Shown in pieces: positions 19,565-29,196 of a stretch of 64,000 nt of DNA (position 1 is the first letter of the stretch; every line of letters starts with the position of its first letter). The DNA is from an uncultured Gammaproteobacteria bacterium. Lineage in GTDB: Bacteria > Pseudomonadota > Gammaproteobacteria > DRLM01. Where the stretch lies: contig CAVSNY010000007.1 in the NCBI GenBank assembly GCA_963729605.1, positions 1,248,001 to 1,312,000 of the forward strand, read 5' to 3'. The translations under genes and the position numbers were made by a program. The notes under the pieces are model-generated. The model was not told where the DNA came from. It ran no database searches and saw nothing but the letters and a program-made list of their open reading frames with translations.

Positions 19565-21637
19565 ATGATCAAGCTTACCGTCAATGGAAACTCTGTGGAG
19601 TTGAATGAGGGCTCGACATTGCTCGATGCGGCCAGGGAGGCCGGCGTGTATATTCCCACGCTCTGTTATTATCCTCGACTGCCATCCCATGCCGTTTGTC
19701 GCATGTGTCTCGTGGATGTTGCAGGTGAAGCCCAGCCACAAGCCGCCTGTGTCACCAAGGCGAAAGACGGGGATGTTGTAGAGACGGACTCCAGTGATCT
19801 GCAGGAATTCCGTAAAGCAAATGCGCAATGGTTATTGGCACGCCACCCGAACGACTGCATACGATGTGAAGTGAACGGATCTTGCAAATTGCAGAATCTG
19901 GTTAGCGAGAACCAATGGGAGGACGGTTGGGAAAATGTTCCACTAGGGTCCGTAGAACATCCTGAGCATATATTGACTGACCACACGTCGCCCAGTATAT
20001 GGCGTGATCTGTCAAAATGCATTGAATGTGGCCTGTGTGTCGAAGCGTGCGGCGATTCCGGACAACAACAATACGTGATTGGATTTGCAGAGCGTGGCGC
20101 TGGCCGCCTGCCCGTCACCGTTTTCGATAGACCCCTGGTCGAGACTCGGTGTATTTCCTGCGGTCAATGCACGCTTGTGTGCCCGGTCGGCGCTTTGGTC
20201 GAGACGCCGCACTGGCACGATGTTCTTCATACCCTTGATGCACGTCGACGTATCACCGCCGTACAGGTTGCACCTGCCACGCGTATTGCCATTGGTGAAG
20301 AGTTCGGAATGAAACCCGGTACCGTGAGCACGGGTAGAATGATCAATGCCCTGAGACAGCTGGGTTTTGATTACGTGTTTGATACCAATTTCGGCGCCGA
20401 TTTGACGATCATGGAGGAAGGAACCGAGTTGCTCGCGCGTCTCAGAAACCAGAAAAATTTACCGCTTTTCACTTCATGCTGCCCAGGATGGATAAATTGG
20501 GTTGAGATCAACCGGCCGGATATTTTGCCGCACCTGAGCACGACAAAATCACCACAGCAAATGCATGGCGCACTCACCAAACGCGGCGCCTTTGCACGTT
20601 TGCTTGGTCCCGAGTTCGCAGAGGGCAAGGTGGAACCCTACGTGGTCAGCGTGATGCCCTGCACGGCCAAGAAAGATGAGGCGGCCCGGCCTGGTGTGTC
20701 AGATGATATAGACCATGTTCTTACCACACGTGAATTGGCCAGAATGATCAGGGCGCGCGGTATTGCGTTTAACGCGCTGCCTGAAGAAGGTGAATTCGAC
20801 AATCCGCTCGGCGAAAGTACAGGCGCGGGACAGATCTTCGGCGCATCGGGGGGTGTCATGGAAGCGATGGTGCGTACCGCCTCCCATTTCATCGGCGAGG
20901 AGGACTCGCTGCCGTTGGAATGGCATCAACTGCGCGGTGTCGGCGAGGGAGTGAAAACCGCCGAGATTCCCGGTATCGGCAAGGTCGCCGTATGCAATGG
21001 CATCGCCTCAGCACAACGTTTGCTGAAAACGGAATCATGGCGCGACGAATATGTCGCCATCGAGGTCATGGCCTGTGTGGGAGGTTGCCTGGGTGGTGGT
21101 GGCGAGCCCAAATCCATGGATGCACTCGTTCTCGAGAAACGCATGCAGGCCATATACAACATGGACAAACATGCGCCGCGACGACGCTCGTATGAAAACT
21201 CGGATGTTCAAAAATTGTATGCGACAGAATTGCAGGGACCGAATTCCGTTCACGCACAAGCCTTGCTCCACACCGCTTATGCCGCACGAAACTCCGAGCG
21301 ATTACTTTTAATGCGGTTTCTTGATTATGTCGACAGGCGAGACGGCAGGGGAGCGGCCGGCCTGTTACATCCGGACGCGTTGTGGTCGACGGCTTCGGCT
21401 TTCGGCGACATCCACGGCGCTTCGAATATCGAGGTGTTAATTAATACGCGCTTGCCACCGCGCAAGTATGGTCCGGGATATGTCCGTCATCGGATGGAAT
21501 CCAGCGCGGATATCGACGATCTCACTGTCGTGACGCCCATGGGTGAACGATGCGGGTTCAGTATGGAGGTAGACACCCTGCGCGAAGGAAACCAGTCGAG
21601 AATGGTAATTAGAAGCCTGGTGCGGAAAATGCTGTAA
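19565..21637 (+). CDS. Group A [FeFe]-hydrogenase (M3-type F-clusters) with extra C-terminal SnoaL/NTF2-like domain
   Basis: 2Fe-2S (CYY..CRMC..AAC), His-ligated cluster HPNDCIRC...C, two CxxCxxCxxxC motifs, H-cluster motifs FTSCCPGW, MPCTAKKDE and EVMACVGGCLGGGGEP. Confidence 0.92.
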   Translation: MIKLTVNGNSVELNEGSTLLDAAREAGVYIPTLCYYPRLPSHAVCRMCLVDVAGEAQPQAACVTKAKDGDVVETDSSDLQEFRKANAQWLLARHPNDCIRCEVNGSCKLQNLVSENQWEDGWENVPLGSVEHPEHILTDHTSPSIWRDLSKCIECGLCVEACGDSGQQQYVIGFAERGAGRLPVTVFDRPLVETRCISCGQCTLVCPVGALVETPHWHDVLHTLDARRRITAVQVAPATRIAIGEEFGMKPGTVSTGRMINALRQLGFDYVFDTNFGADLTIMEEGTELLARLRNQKNLPLFTSCCPGWINWVEINRPDILPHLSTTKSPQQMHGALTKRGAFARLLGPEFAEGKVEPYVVSVMPCTAKKDEAARPGVSDDIDHVLTTRELARMIRARGIAFNALPEEGEFDNPLGESTGAGQIFGASGGVMEAMVRTASHFIGEEDSLPLEWHQLRGVGEGVKTAEIPGIGKVAVCNGIASAQRLLKTESWRDEYVAIEVMACVGGCLGGGGEPKSMDALVLEKRMQAIYNMDKHAPRRRSYENSDVQKLYATELQGPNSVHAQALLHTAYAARNSERLLLMRFLDYVDRRDGRGAAGLLHPDALWSTASAFGDIHGASNIEVLINTRLPPRKYGPGYVRHRMESSADIDDLTVVTPMGERCGFSMEVDTLREGNQSRMVIRSLVRKML

Positions 21638-21760
21638 TCAATACTCGAGTTCGCGCGTTTGGGTCTTATCGATGCCGCGGAGCCTTGATGGATATCAATG
21701 GAAATGTGACTGGTCGTACCCATGGCCGTAGTTGGCGCCAGTGTCCGCTCCGCCTGAATA

Positions 21761-21920
21761 TTACCGCACCGCCACCCGCACCCCATCCTTCACCTGATCG
21801 TCGGGATGCACGATCACGTTATCCCCGGCATTGATCCCGGACACGATCTGCGCCTGCAAGCCGTTGCGCTGTCCCACCTTCACCTCGCGCTTCACCGCCT
21901 TGTCGCCCTGCACCACGAAC
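21761..21920 (-). pseudogene. C-terminal fragment of an efflux membrane-fusion (periplasmic adaptor) protein
   Basis: FVVQGDKAVKREVKVGQRNGLQAQIVSGINAGDNVIVHPDDQVKDGVRV*. Confidence 0.7.
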
Positions 21921-21957
21921 AGGGTTCCGGCTCTACTCTGGGACCGAAGACGGATCG

Positions 21958-22435
21958 TTAGGGAAGTCCATGCAGGAGTGGCCGCAAGCTGGCTACACCG
22001 AACGCGTTTGCCACACGCACACTGCCGGCATATGCCCCGACACGAAATGCACCGCCGGGTATCGGCGTCGCGGCAAGCCAGCGCGGCTGCGTTGGCTCAC
22101 CCACGTCGAACACGTGCAGGCTGCTCGACATGCTCATGTAAAGCATATCGCCATGGATATCGAGATGGTAAGGCTCGCCGCTGACGGGCAAATAAAGTCT
22201 ATTCCGCAATACGGGCGCGGCGGGCACGGCGACATCGACGACCAGCAATTCAGACATCGTCGTAGCGATATAGACCAGACCATTACGCACTAGCACCGCA
22301 CGCGCACCCAGCGCGCCCAGCTCGGCGATCAGCAGCGGCGCATCTGGATCATTTTCATCGATGATGGACAGACCCCACGCGTTGATGGCGTATATATGCT
22401 TGCCCTCCATGGAGCTGATGCCGTGCTGGCCGGGA
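21958..22435 (-). pseudogene. LVIVD-repeat (beta-propeller) protein fragment
   Basis: Repeats GLSIIDENDP..P, ELLVVDVAVPAAP, SLHVFDVGEPTQP. Confidence 0.65.
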
Positions 22436-22625
22436 CTCGACAATCACAGGATTTTTGAGATCGAGGACTACGAGGGGATGCCTGTCTACAGGATCGAAAG
22501 TATTTCCCGCGATCCCGCGACCTCGGTCTATGGCAAGCGGGTGCAGTGGGTCGAGCAGGAGCATGCATAGCCAGTGGGCATAGAGTATTACGAACCAGAC
22601 GGCAGACACGTCAAGACCCAGACGC
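22436..22625 (+). pseudogene. Outer-membrane lipoprotein-sorting (LolA-like) protein fragment
   Basis: VYRIESISRDPATSVYGKRVQWVEQE*PVGIEYYEPDGRHVKT, with an in-frame stop. Confidence 0.55.
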
Positions 22626-22628
22626 AGC

Positions 22629-22730
22629 TTGGCGGCCCTGGTGCCCAGGCCCAGGGTGAACCTCACGGGTTTCCACGGGGTGTTCGCCCCGAGCAGCCGG
22701 CATCGCGCTTTGATCACCCCGGCCAGGCGG
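22629..22730 (+). mobile_element. Second IS91/ISCR transposase fragment
   Basis: LAALVPRPRVNLTGFHGVFAPSSRHRALITPARR, homologous to about 9443-9545. Confidence 0.75.
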
Positions 22731-22774
22731 ACGAGGCAACAACGCCAAGGTATCCGATGAACCGCAAACGCCCG

Positions 22775-23053
22775 CCCGTTTCCGGGCCCCGGCCTCGGCG
22801 TGCGCATCCTCGGCGAAGTAAAAAAAGAATACGCCGATTTACTGCGCCGCGCCGACGCGATCTTCATCGAAGAGCTGCATAAGCAAGGATGGTATGACAA
22901 AGTCAGCCAGGCCTTCACCGTGTTTCTGCCGGTGCGCTCGGTGGGCGTGATGGGCGACGGTCGCCGTTACGATTACGTGGTGTCGCTGCGCGCGGTGCAG
23001 ACCGTGGATTTCATGACCGCGCATTGGGCACCGCCGTCTTACGAGTTGTTGGG
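22775..23053 (+). repeat. 279-bp internal copy of guaA (4417-4695)
   Basis: Direct repeat with 6 substitutions by manual alignment; lacks the last ~95 bp of guaA. Confidence 0.92.
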
Positions 23054-23088
23054 ATGTCAAAAGCCGCCGATATCGCTCAGCGGAAAAG

Positions 23089-24213
23089 CTAAGTTCTCAC
23101 GGTAGGAATCGCGACGATGAGTTGTACCAGTTCTGCTTGCCGCGCTGTATTAGTTTTGGCGAACACGGAGCGTAGCTGACTTTTTACGGTTGGCAGCCTG
23201 ACGCCATGTTCAATCGCATAATCTTCAAGTCGCATACCATGCGCGATTGCGCGTGCCAGGCGTGCCTCCGCTGCCGTCAGCGAAAAGATCTTAGTTAATT
23301 GCAGAGCGGTTACAATGCGGCGTGTACCGAGCGGCGAAATCAGGCACAAAATTACGGTCTGGTTATGCATGGCGAACGGTCCGTGTCCAGGTGAGTTGAT
23401 GAGAGCCAAACTAAATCTTTCTTGTACGCCGTCCATAGTGCACGAGCTTAAGAGAAGGTGGTTAGGGTATGATGTATTTTGCGTTAGCTTAAAGGCGATG
23501 CTGAGTTGTTCATCTTGACGTGCGTTTACCGCGCGTAGTTTACCACCCCGCAGTGTCAATATGCGACCAGCCCGCAGCAGAGTCTCCGCATAACGGTTAC
23601 AGTGAACCGGCCGGCCGAACCGGTCGAGAGCTATCACGGCGAACGGCGAAAAATCGGCGCCAAATTGTGAGATTTCCGATTGCCGTGCCAGCGTTTCGCC
23701 ACGCAGCATCAGCTGTACCGCGCGGCCAAAATGAGGCATGAGGCGAACGAGTAGGCGTTGCTCTTTGGCTGAAAACGGACCTCTTTCCGAGGTGCGGACC
23801 AAGCCGAGCTGTACGTCCAGCTTGTCGTCGCGATGCAGACAGCCTCCCATGCTGTAACGCAGTCCGTAATATCCGAGGTAATCCTGAAAGAACTCGCTGC
23901 GCCGGACAAAGGATTCATCAAAATGCTGGTGGCAAGCGATGGTTTGTCCAGGCTGCAATGAAGCTGCGAGCTTTCTGCGCGGATCAATTTTGCCGTAATA
24001 GCGTTGGTACGATTCGAGCGCGGCGCTCGAGCAAGGATATTCCGACATGACTCCTATCACGTCGGAGCTGATTTGGACATCCCATCCAAGTAAATGAAAT
24101 GCGTCTGCTCGCAGAGAATCTGCCGTTTCGATCAGGGCGTTCTGCCAATGCAATGGCTCCAGTGCGGCCTCGTAAATCAGTTTAATCAAGCGGTCATATG
24201 TCGCTTCGTTCAT
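23089..24213 (-). CDS. LuxR-type HTH transcriptional regulator with N-terminal GAF/PAS-like sensor region
   Basis: [11 protein letters not shown]-terminal [17 protein letters not shown]....DYA..HGV...[20 protein letters not shown]. Confidence 0.88.
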   Translation of the reverse strand: MNEATYDRLIKLIYEAALEPLHWQNALIETADSLRADAFHLLGWDVQISSDVIGVMSEYPCSSAALESYQRYYGKIDPRRKLAASLQPGQTIACHQHFDESFVRRSEFFQDYLGYYGLRYSMGGCLHRDDKLDVQLGLVRTSERGPFSAKEQRLLVRLMPHFGRAVQLMLRGETLARQSEISQFGADFSPFAVIALDRFGRPVHCNRYAETLLRAGRILTLRGGKLRAVNARQDEQLSIAFKLTQNTSYPNHLLLSSCTMDGVQERFSLALINSPGHGPFAMHNQTVILCLISPLGTRRIVTALQLTKIFSLTAAEARLARAIAHGMRLEDYAIEHGVRLPTVKSQLRSVFAKTNTARQAELVQLIVAIPTVRT

Positions 24214-25450
24214 GGCGCGGCGGCCTTTCATGAAGTTGTAATACGCGTGACGACGCGACAACTGTGCCGTGCTGCGTCGATCCTATCTGGAGTTCTGTCG
24301 TTTCTTGAGCTCCATATGGATCACGTACCGCCGGTATCATCGAAAGCAAACGGATCAGTTGTGCCTGACGCATCGTGCCTGTCTTGACAAACACATTACG
24401 CAGCTGGCTTTTAACTGTGGCGAGACTTAATTGATTCTGCGTTGCGTAGTCATCCAGGGTCTCATCCTGGGTGAGCGCCTTGGCTAAGCGAGCTTCGGCG
24501 GGCGTAAGGCCGAACAGCGCCATGAGCTGCTGGCCAGTTATCGTTCTTTGCGATGCTGCGTGAGTTGCAAGACATAGCACTGCTGCATTGCGGTGATGTA
24601 GTGCGTACCTACCATTTTCAGGTAGCTTGAGGATCGTGAGGCATAACCAACTCGGTTCTTTCGCGGCCGCGTCGCTGCGAAGCGCGATATGACTGGGCTG
24701 GCTAGTAGTGGCGGTGCGCCGTAGCGCTGATTCGAACACCGTCCGTTCGTCGGCTTTAACGGCCACAAGGTATCCGGCGCGCTGGGCAACGCCGATGCCG
24801 TGACGGAGGAGAGACACGCCGCGTGTGTTGGCATACTCCAGCTTGCCGGCCGCACTCAATGCGAATATTCCCAATGGCGAGCTGTCCAGGCTGGCCTGTG
24901 CAATCGCCTGCCCGAGGGCGAGGTCGCCGCTATGGCCCATCAAACGCAGGGCGCGCATAAGGTGTGGAATGACTCGTGCAAATTGATTAGCCTGCGCGCG
25001 CGAGAATGGTGGTCGTCCGATTGGTCGGTGAAAGCCGAGCTGAACTACACCCATTTCGCTGGGTGCCAGATTGCTGGTTCCAAGTAGATAATGCAGGCCG
25101 AGAGGGAGTAGATAATCCTGAAAGAATTCCGAACGCGCCACATAACGGCGATCGAAATGTTCGTGGCATAGCAGCAGACTGCCTGGCGGTCGTCGCATAA
25201 TCAATGCGCGGCGCGGATCGGCAGGAGCATGATGTTCCCTTTCCACGTACGTTTCTCCTGCCTCCTGTGGAATATTCACCGAGAAGCTGAGTCGCCACGG
25301 CCGTTCCGGGGTGCCCCAGCCGATGAGATGGCAGGTGTCGCCGTCGAGCCAATCGGTGAGCGCCGTCAGCATTTCTTGTAAGCGCGTCGGTTCCAACGCG
25401 GCTTCGTAAATCAAGCCAACGATATGATCATATTTCTCAACTTTATTCAT
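24194..25450 (-). CDS. Paralogous LuxR-type HTH regulator (with ~40-aa C-terminal extension)
   Basis: [29 protein letters not shown]...TVKSQLRNVFVKTGT.RQAQLI. Confidence 0.88.
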   Translation of the reverse strand: MNKVEKYDHIVGLIYEAALEPTRLQEMLTALTDWLDGDTCHLIGWGTPERPWRLSFSVNIPQEAGETYVEREHHAPADPRRALIMRRPPGSLLLCHEHFDRRYVARSEFFQDYLLPLGLHYLLGTSNLAPSEMGVVQLGFHRPIGRPPFSRAQANQFARVIPHLMRALRLMGHSGDLALGQAIAQASLDSSPLGIFALSAAGKLEYANTRGVSLLRHGIGVAQRAGYLVAVKADERTVFESALRRTATTSQPSHIALRSDAAAKEPSWLCLTILKLPENGRYALHHRNAAVLCLATHAASQRTITGQQLMALFGLTPAEARLAKALTQDETLDDYATQNQLSLATVKSQLRNVFVKTGTMRQAQLIRLLSMIPAVRDPYGAQETTELQIGSTQHGTVVASSRVLQLHERPPRHERSDI

Positions 25451-26445
25451 AGTTCACACCCGTCATTACGCGATAAATCAGCTCGATGTCGTTGTGACAA
25501 CTTGGAGTGATGACGCCACTCCCGTGGCGACGAGCCGTAACGGTTTCGAAATGAGCGTGAGAAGTGTGCGCAGTCATTGAAGCCCCAGCGGAAGGCGATT
25601 TCGCTGATGCTGAGCGCGAATTGGCCGGAATCGGCCAGGTCCCGGCGGCAAGCCTCCAGCCCTTGTTTCCAGACCAAGGCCATCAACGTTTCCGTTTCGT
25701 CGGTGAACAACCGGTGTAGGTGGGACAGCGACATGCGGAGTGCTGCGGCAATCGACTGGGCTGATAATGCGGGGTCACTCAGTTGCTGTAATGCGAACTC
25801 CTTTATGCACGCGACGTGATATCGAGCCAACTCCGGGCGTTGCGTTGTGTGTGTATCGGGATCACTGGCAACGGTTAAGACCTGCGTCAGTAACTCAACG
25901 GCGATGGCCGTTAGCGGTCCGGGAAGCTTCCCATCGCTGTTATAGAGGCCGTCCACTATGCCAAGCAGTAATTTATTGGTGGGCTGCTCGGCGGCTATGC
26001 GAATGTTGCAGCAGCTGTCGATATCGCGGTTCAGCGCGCGCAGCAGTGATTCGGGGAGAATCAGCACCGTCTGTTCGAATTCGCTATTGAATCTCAAGGT
26101 ATAGGGTCTGACGCTGGAATAGAGAGCGCAGTCGCCTGCTTCCAGAATGACTTCGCGTTGATCCTGGCACAATAGGCTTGTGCCGCGGCGTTGAATGTTT
26201 AGGATGAAATGTTCTTCTTGCGCTCGCGATATCTGCTCTCGGGTGCGCATTACAGTCTGTCCACTCGCTTTGATCTGCGCGATGTCGAGTCGCGGCAGCG
26301 ACAGCTTCGCCACGGTCCCATGAAAGCTCGCATGGTCAATTACAGTGTGGCAATCCACTTGAATCGGGTAGGCGCACACTAGATCTATCCACATGGAGAG
26401 CTTGTCGCGTTCCGCGACATTAGCAGTTTCGACATGGACCCGCAT
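25447..26445 (-). CDS. AraC-family regulator (FeaR-like ligand-binding domain)
   Basis: QDQREVILEAGDCALY...RPY; C-terminal SISEIAFRWGFNDCAHFSRSFRNRYG.SPREWR. Confidence 0.9.
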   Translation of the reverse strand: MRVHVETANVAERDKLSMWIDLVCAYPIQVDCHTVIDHASFHGTVAKLSLPRLDIAQIKASGQTVMRTREQISRAQEEHFILNIQRRGTSLLCQDQREVILEAGDCALYSSVRPYTLRFNSEFEQTVLILPESLLRALNRDIDSCCNIRIAAEQPTNKLLLGIVDGLYNSDGKLPGPLTAIAVELLTQVLTVASDPDTHTTQRPELARYHVACIKEFALQQLSDPALSAQSIAAALRMSLSHLHRLFTDETETLMALVWKQGLEACRRDLADSGQFALSISEIAFRWGFNDCAHFSRSFRNRYGSSPREWRHHSKLSQRHRADLSRNDGCEL

Positions 26446-26543
26446 TTCAGCTCCTTTCACACCGCGTCTTATGAGATGACGAAGCAAGAAACAAGAGACT
26501 CTGGCAACAGACCTACGCCGAGAAGGTGCTTATTATTCTTTTT

Positions 26544-26563
26544 CATCATCCATATGGATGATG
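26544..26563. promoter_or_regulatory. Perfect 20-bp palindrome, candidate operator
   Basis: CATCATCCATATGGATGATG in the divergent intergenic region. Confidence 0.65.
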
Positions 26564-26817
26564 CGGTGGAATCACACCATTGTTAGCTTAAGGGAGCGCG
26601 GCCGGTAATGGGGGTCGCGGACGAGCCAAGTCTATAGGAGGAGAACCTTCGAAAACAAGAAGACGCTGCTGGTCGTTACGACTGACCGGCTATCGGAGGC
26701 ATTTTGAGGATCATTCGGGTCCGCTGGCGAGGGGTTCTCTAAAGTCCCCGCTCGGGGGACACAGTTTTCGCTGATCGCTCGCGGGTGGGATGGCAAATTA
26801 ATAGTAGAGGATAAATT

Positions 26818-27432
26818 GTGCGAAAGCTCGCAGGATTCATTTTTGTTTGCGCTGGCCTCGCTGCATGCGCGCCCGTTCCGTCCAGCCGGCCCGTCACTTA
26901 TCAGGACGTGAGCACGGCCGGCATCGTATCCGGCGTGGGTGTGGAAAGCCAAGACATCGCCTCGGTTACCGACGTCATGATCAAGGATTTGCTGGCGAAC
27001 TCGTCAGTCATGCAGCATGATCGGCCGCCGCGCGTCATTCTCGATGCGGAATTCTTCCACAATGAAAGCGCACAACGTTTGAACAAGAACATCATCGTAG
27101 ATCGTCTCCGTATCAATTTTCAGCGTGCAGCTCAAGGAAAGCTGGTATTTGTCTCACGAGAAGCCGCCGGAATGGTCGCCAAGGAGCGCGAGTTGAAGCG
27201 AGCAGGGCTGACGGACACAGGTACCGCCGGCCTTACCCGTGCGCAAGCCGGTGCAGATTATCGGTTGGTCGGGCGCATTAGCGCTCTCGACGCCCGAAGC
27301 TCGTCTACCGGCATGGTCGAGCGCTACACGCAAATCACCTTTGAACTGATAGACCTGGAAACATCCGTCAGTATTTGGTCGAACATGTATGAATTCAAAA
27401 AAGGAGGACTCGATGACGCCGTATACCGTTAG
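26818..27432 (+). CDS. LpoB/CsgG-like outer-membrane lipoprotein
   Basis: Lipobox LAAC; G.ESQDI, GADYRLVGRI, ITFELIDLETS..IWS. Confidence 0.75.
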   Translation: MRKLAGFIFVCAGLAACAPVPSSRPVTYQDVSTAGIVSGVGVESQDIASVTDVMIKDLLANSSVMQHDRPPRVILDAEFFHNESAQRLNKNIIVDRLRINFQRAAQGKLVFVSREAAGMVAKERELKRAGLTDTGTAGLTRAQAGADYRLVGRISALDARSSSTGMVERYTQITFELIDLETSVSIWSNMYEFKKGGLDDAVYR

Positions 27433-28771
27433 GCCACAAAGGCCTGTAATCCATGTTCAGTTGATTGCAGTCGTTAGCGCCGCCCTCGCCGTCACGGGCT
27501 GCGCGACGTTAGATGCCGGTAAGCAGAAGAGCGGTACCTTGCGCGACGTATTATCTCAAGTTGAGGGTACGCCGAGCGAGAATGGGGTGCCGAGCGTGCC
27601 CACGCCGTTGGTCCGGTACATCGAGGCCGACGATAAAGACGGTAAGCGCAACCGCGTGCTCAACGATATGCAGGCCGGTATGGCGGCGTTCGAGTTCGGT
27701 GCGGTGGGGCATGCTCGGGCTGCCCTTCAGGATGCCTACGTCCAGATAGAAACAATTTACGCCGACAACGACGCGGCCAAGGCGGCGCGTAGTACTTTTG
27801 CGCCGGAAGAGAGCAAGGATTTCAAAGGCGAGCCGTACGAGCGGGCGATGGTCGGCTATTACCTAGGTATGTCGGACATGATGGTCGCCGATTTCGAAAA
27901 TGCGCGCGCCTCTTTCCGCTGGGGGGAATTCCAAGACACGATGTCCGCCTCCGAGAGCTACCAATCTGATATGTCGTTACTGGCCTTTCTGGCCGGTTGG
28001 TCCCACCAATGCCAAGGTGCGGTGAGTGGCGCGGCGGAATATTATGCTCGCAGCCAAACCTACCGAAGTGGACTCGCCGCGCCGAAATCCGATGCCAATT
28101 TATTGCTGATCGCGGAAATCGGAAGTGCCCCCGTCAAATACAGAACCGGAAAATACGGAGAAGAGCTACGCTACAAGCAAGGCGAGGCTACCGACGCTCG
28201 CGCAGTGACGTTTGAGGTGGCGGGTAAATCTTTGGATGGTGTATTGGCCGAAGACCTGTATTTTCAAGCGACGACACTGGGTGGCCGCGCCGTCGACAAG
28301 ATTTTGGCCGGAAAGGCGTCATTTAAGCAGGGGGCGGAGACGACCGCTGCCGTGGCTGGCGCCGTGACGGCCGCGAGCCTCGATGTCGCGATGATATCCC
28401 AGCTGCAAGGTGATCAGGATATGGCCAATCTTGCCGGTGGCTTGGCGGGCGCCGGGCTTCTGGTCAATATGTTCTCTTCCTTCGCGGCCGCAAAGGCCAA
28501 ACCTGCTGCTGACATCCGTGCGTGGGATACGCTGCCGGAGCGATTCTTGGTCGCAACCACGCGGGTAAAAGAGAAACCGAAGCAGATCGCCGCCACCTTT
28601 TTTAATGAGTCCGGCGACGCAATCCAGACCGTAGACATGAACGTCCATGAAACGGGGCCTTGTTATCTCGCTTGGGTGCGCGAGAAGCCGACAGCGGCGC
28701 CATGGGCGCCGGCCGCGCCGGATGCGTGGACGGCCCTGGATACATCGAATATTACATCCGCCCCGAAATGA
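27413..28771 (+). CDS. Helical-repeat (COG3014-like) lipoprotein
   Basis: Lipobox VTGC; KDFKGEPYERAM, ADIRAWDTLP motifs. Confidence 0.65.
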   Translation: MTPYTVRPQRPVIHVQLIAVVSAALAVTGCATLDAGKQKSGTLRDVLSQVEGTPSENGVPSVPTPLVRYIEADDKDGKRNRVLNDMQAGMAAFEFGAVGHARAALQDAYVQIETIYADNDAAKAARSTFAPEESKDFKGEPYERAMVGYYLGMSDMMVADFENARASFRWGEFQDTMSASESYQSDMSLLAFLAGWSHQCQGAVSGAAEYYARSQTYRSGLAAPKSDANLLLIAEIGSAPVKYRTGKYGEELRYKQGEATDARAVTFEVAGKSLDGVLAEDLYFQATTLGGRAVDKILAGKASFKQGAETTAAVAGAVTAASLDVAMISQLQGDQDMANLAGGLAGAGLLVNMFSSFAAAKAKPAADIRAWDTLPERFLVATTRVKEKPKQIAATFFNESGDAIQTVDMNVHETGPCYLAWVREKPTAAPWAPAAPDAWTALDTSNITSAPK

Positions 28772-28803
28772 TTTCACCTTGAAGATCAGCTGATAACTGA
28801 AAG

Positions 28804-29196
28804 ATGCTTATGGACATAAAGTCATTTCGCGGCACATCCCTAGGTCTCGTCCTGCTGGCGTCTGCGTGCGCCGCTAACCTTGGTGGCACCCCGGCCGCGA
28901 TCGTGCTAATCAATGAAACAAAGTTAAAAAAGGTGATCGAAGTCATGCCCGCGGAACAAGGACGTACCGCAACCGGAACCCTCAAGATCTGGGTTGTCAT
29001 TAAGAACAAGAGCGATAGGCGCGTGATGCTCGAGGCGCGGGCATTATTCAGCGGAGAAAGGAATGAGGTGGTCGAGCCTGTTGCGGCGTGGACTCATTTG
29101 TTCATCGAGCCGCATACCACCACGACCTTCGAAGCATTGTCCATGTCGGGTGCGGCAAGAAAATTTGTAATCGAAGTGCGGGAGGGAAACCAGTGA
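28804..29196 (+). CDS. YcfL/DUF1425-like small lipoprotein
   Basis: Lipobox LASAC; beta-rich LKIWVVIKNKSD....LE....F...W..LFIEP. Confidence 0.6.
   Translation: MLMDIKSFRGTSLGLVLLASACAANLGGTPAAIVLINETKLKKVIEVMPAEQGRTATGTLKIWVVIKNKSDRRVMLEARALFSGERNEVVEPVAAWTHLFIEPHTTTTFEALSMSGAARKFVIEVREGNQ

Noticed and set aside
18680-23053. Possible CRISPR-like or integron array of captured fragments
   Set aside because: No repeated spacer-delimiting sequence, attC-like palindromes, cas or intI genes seen
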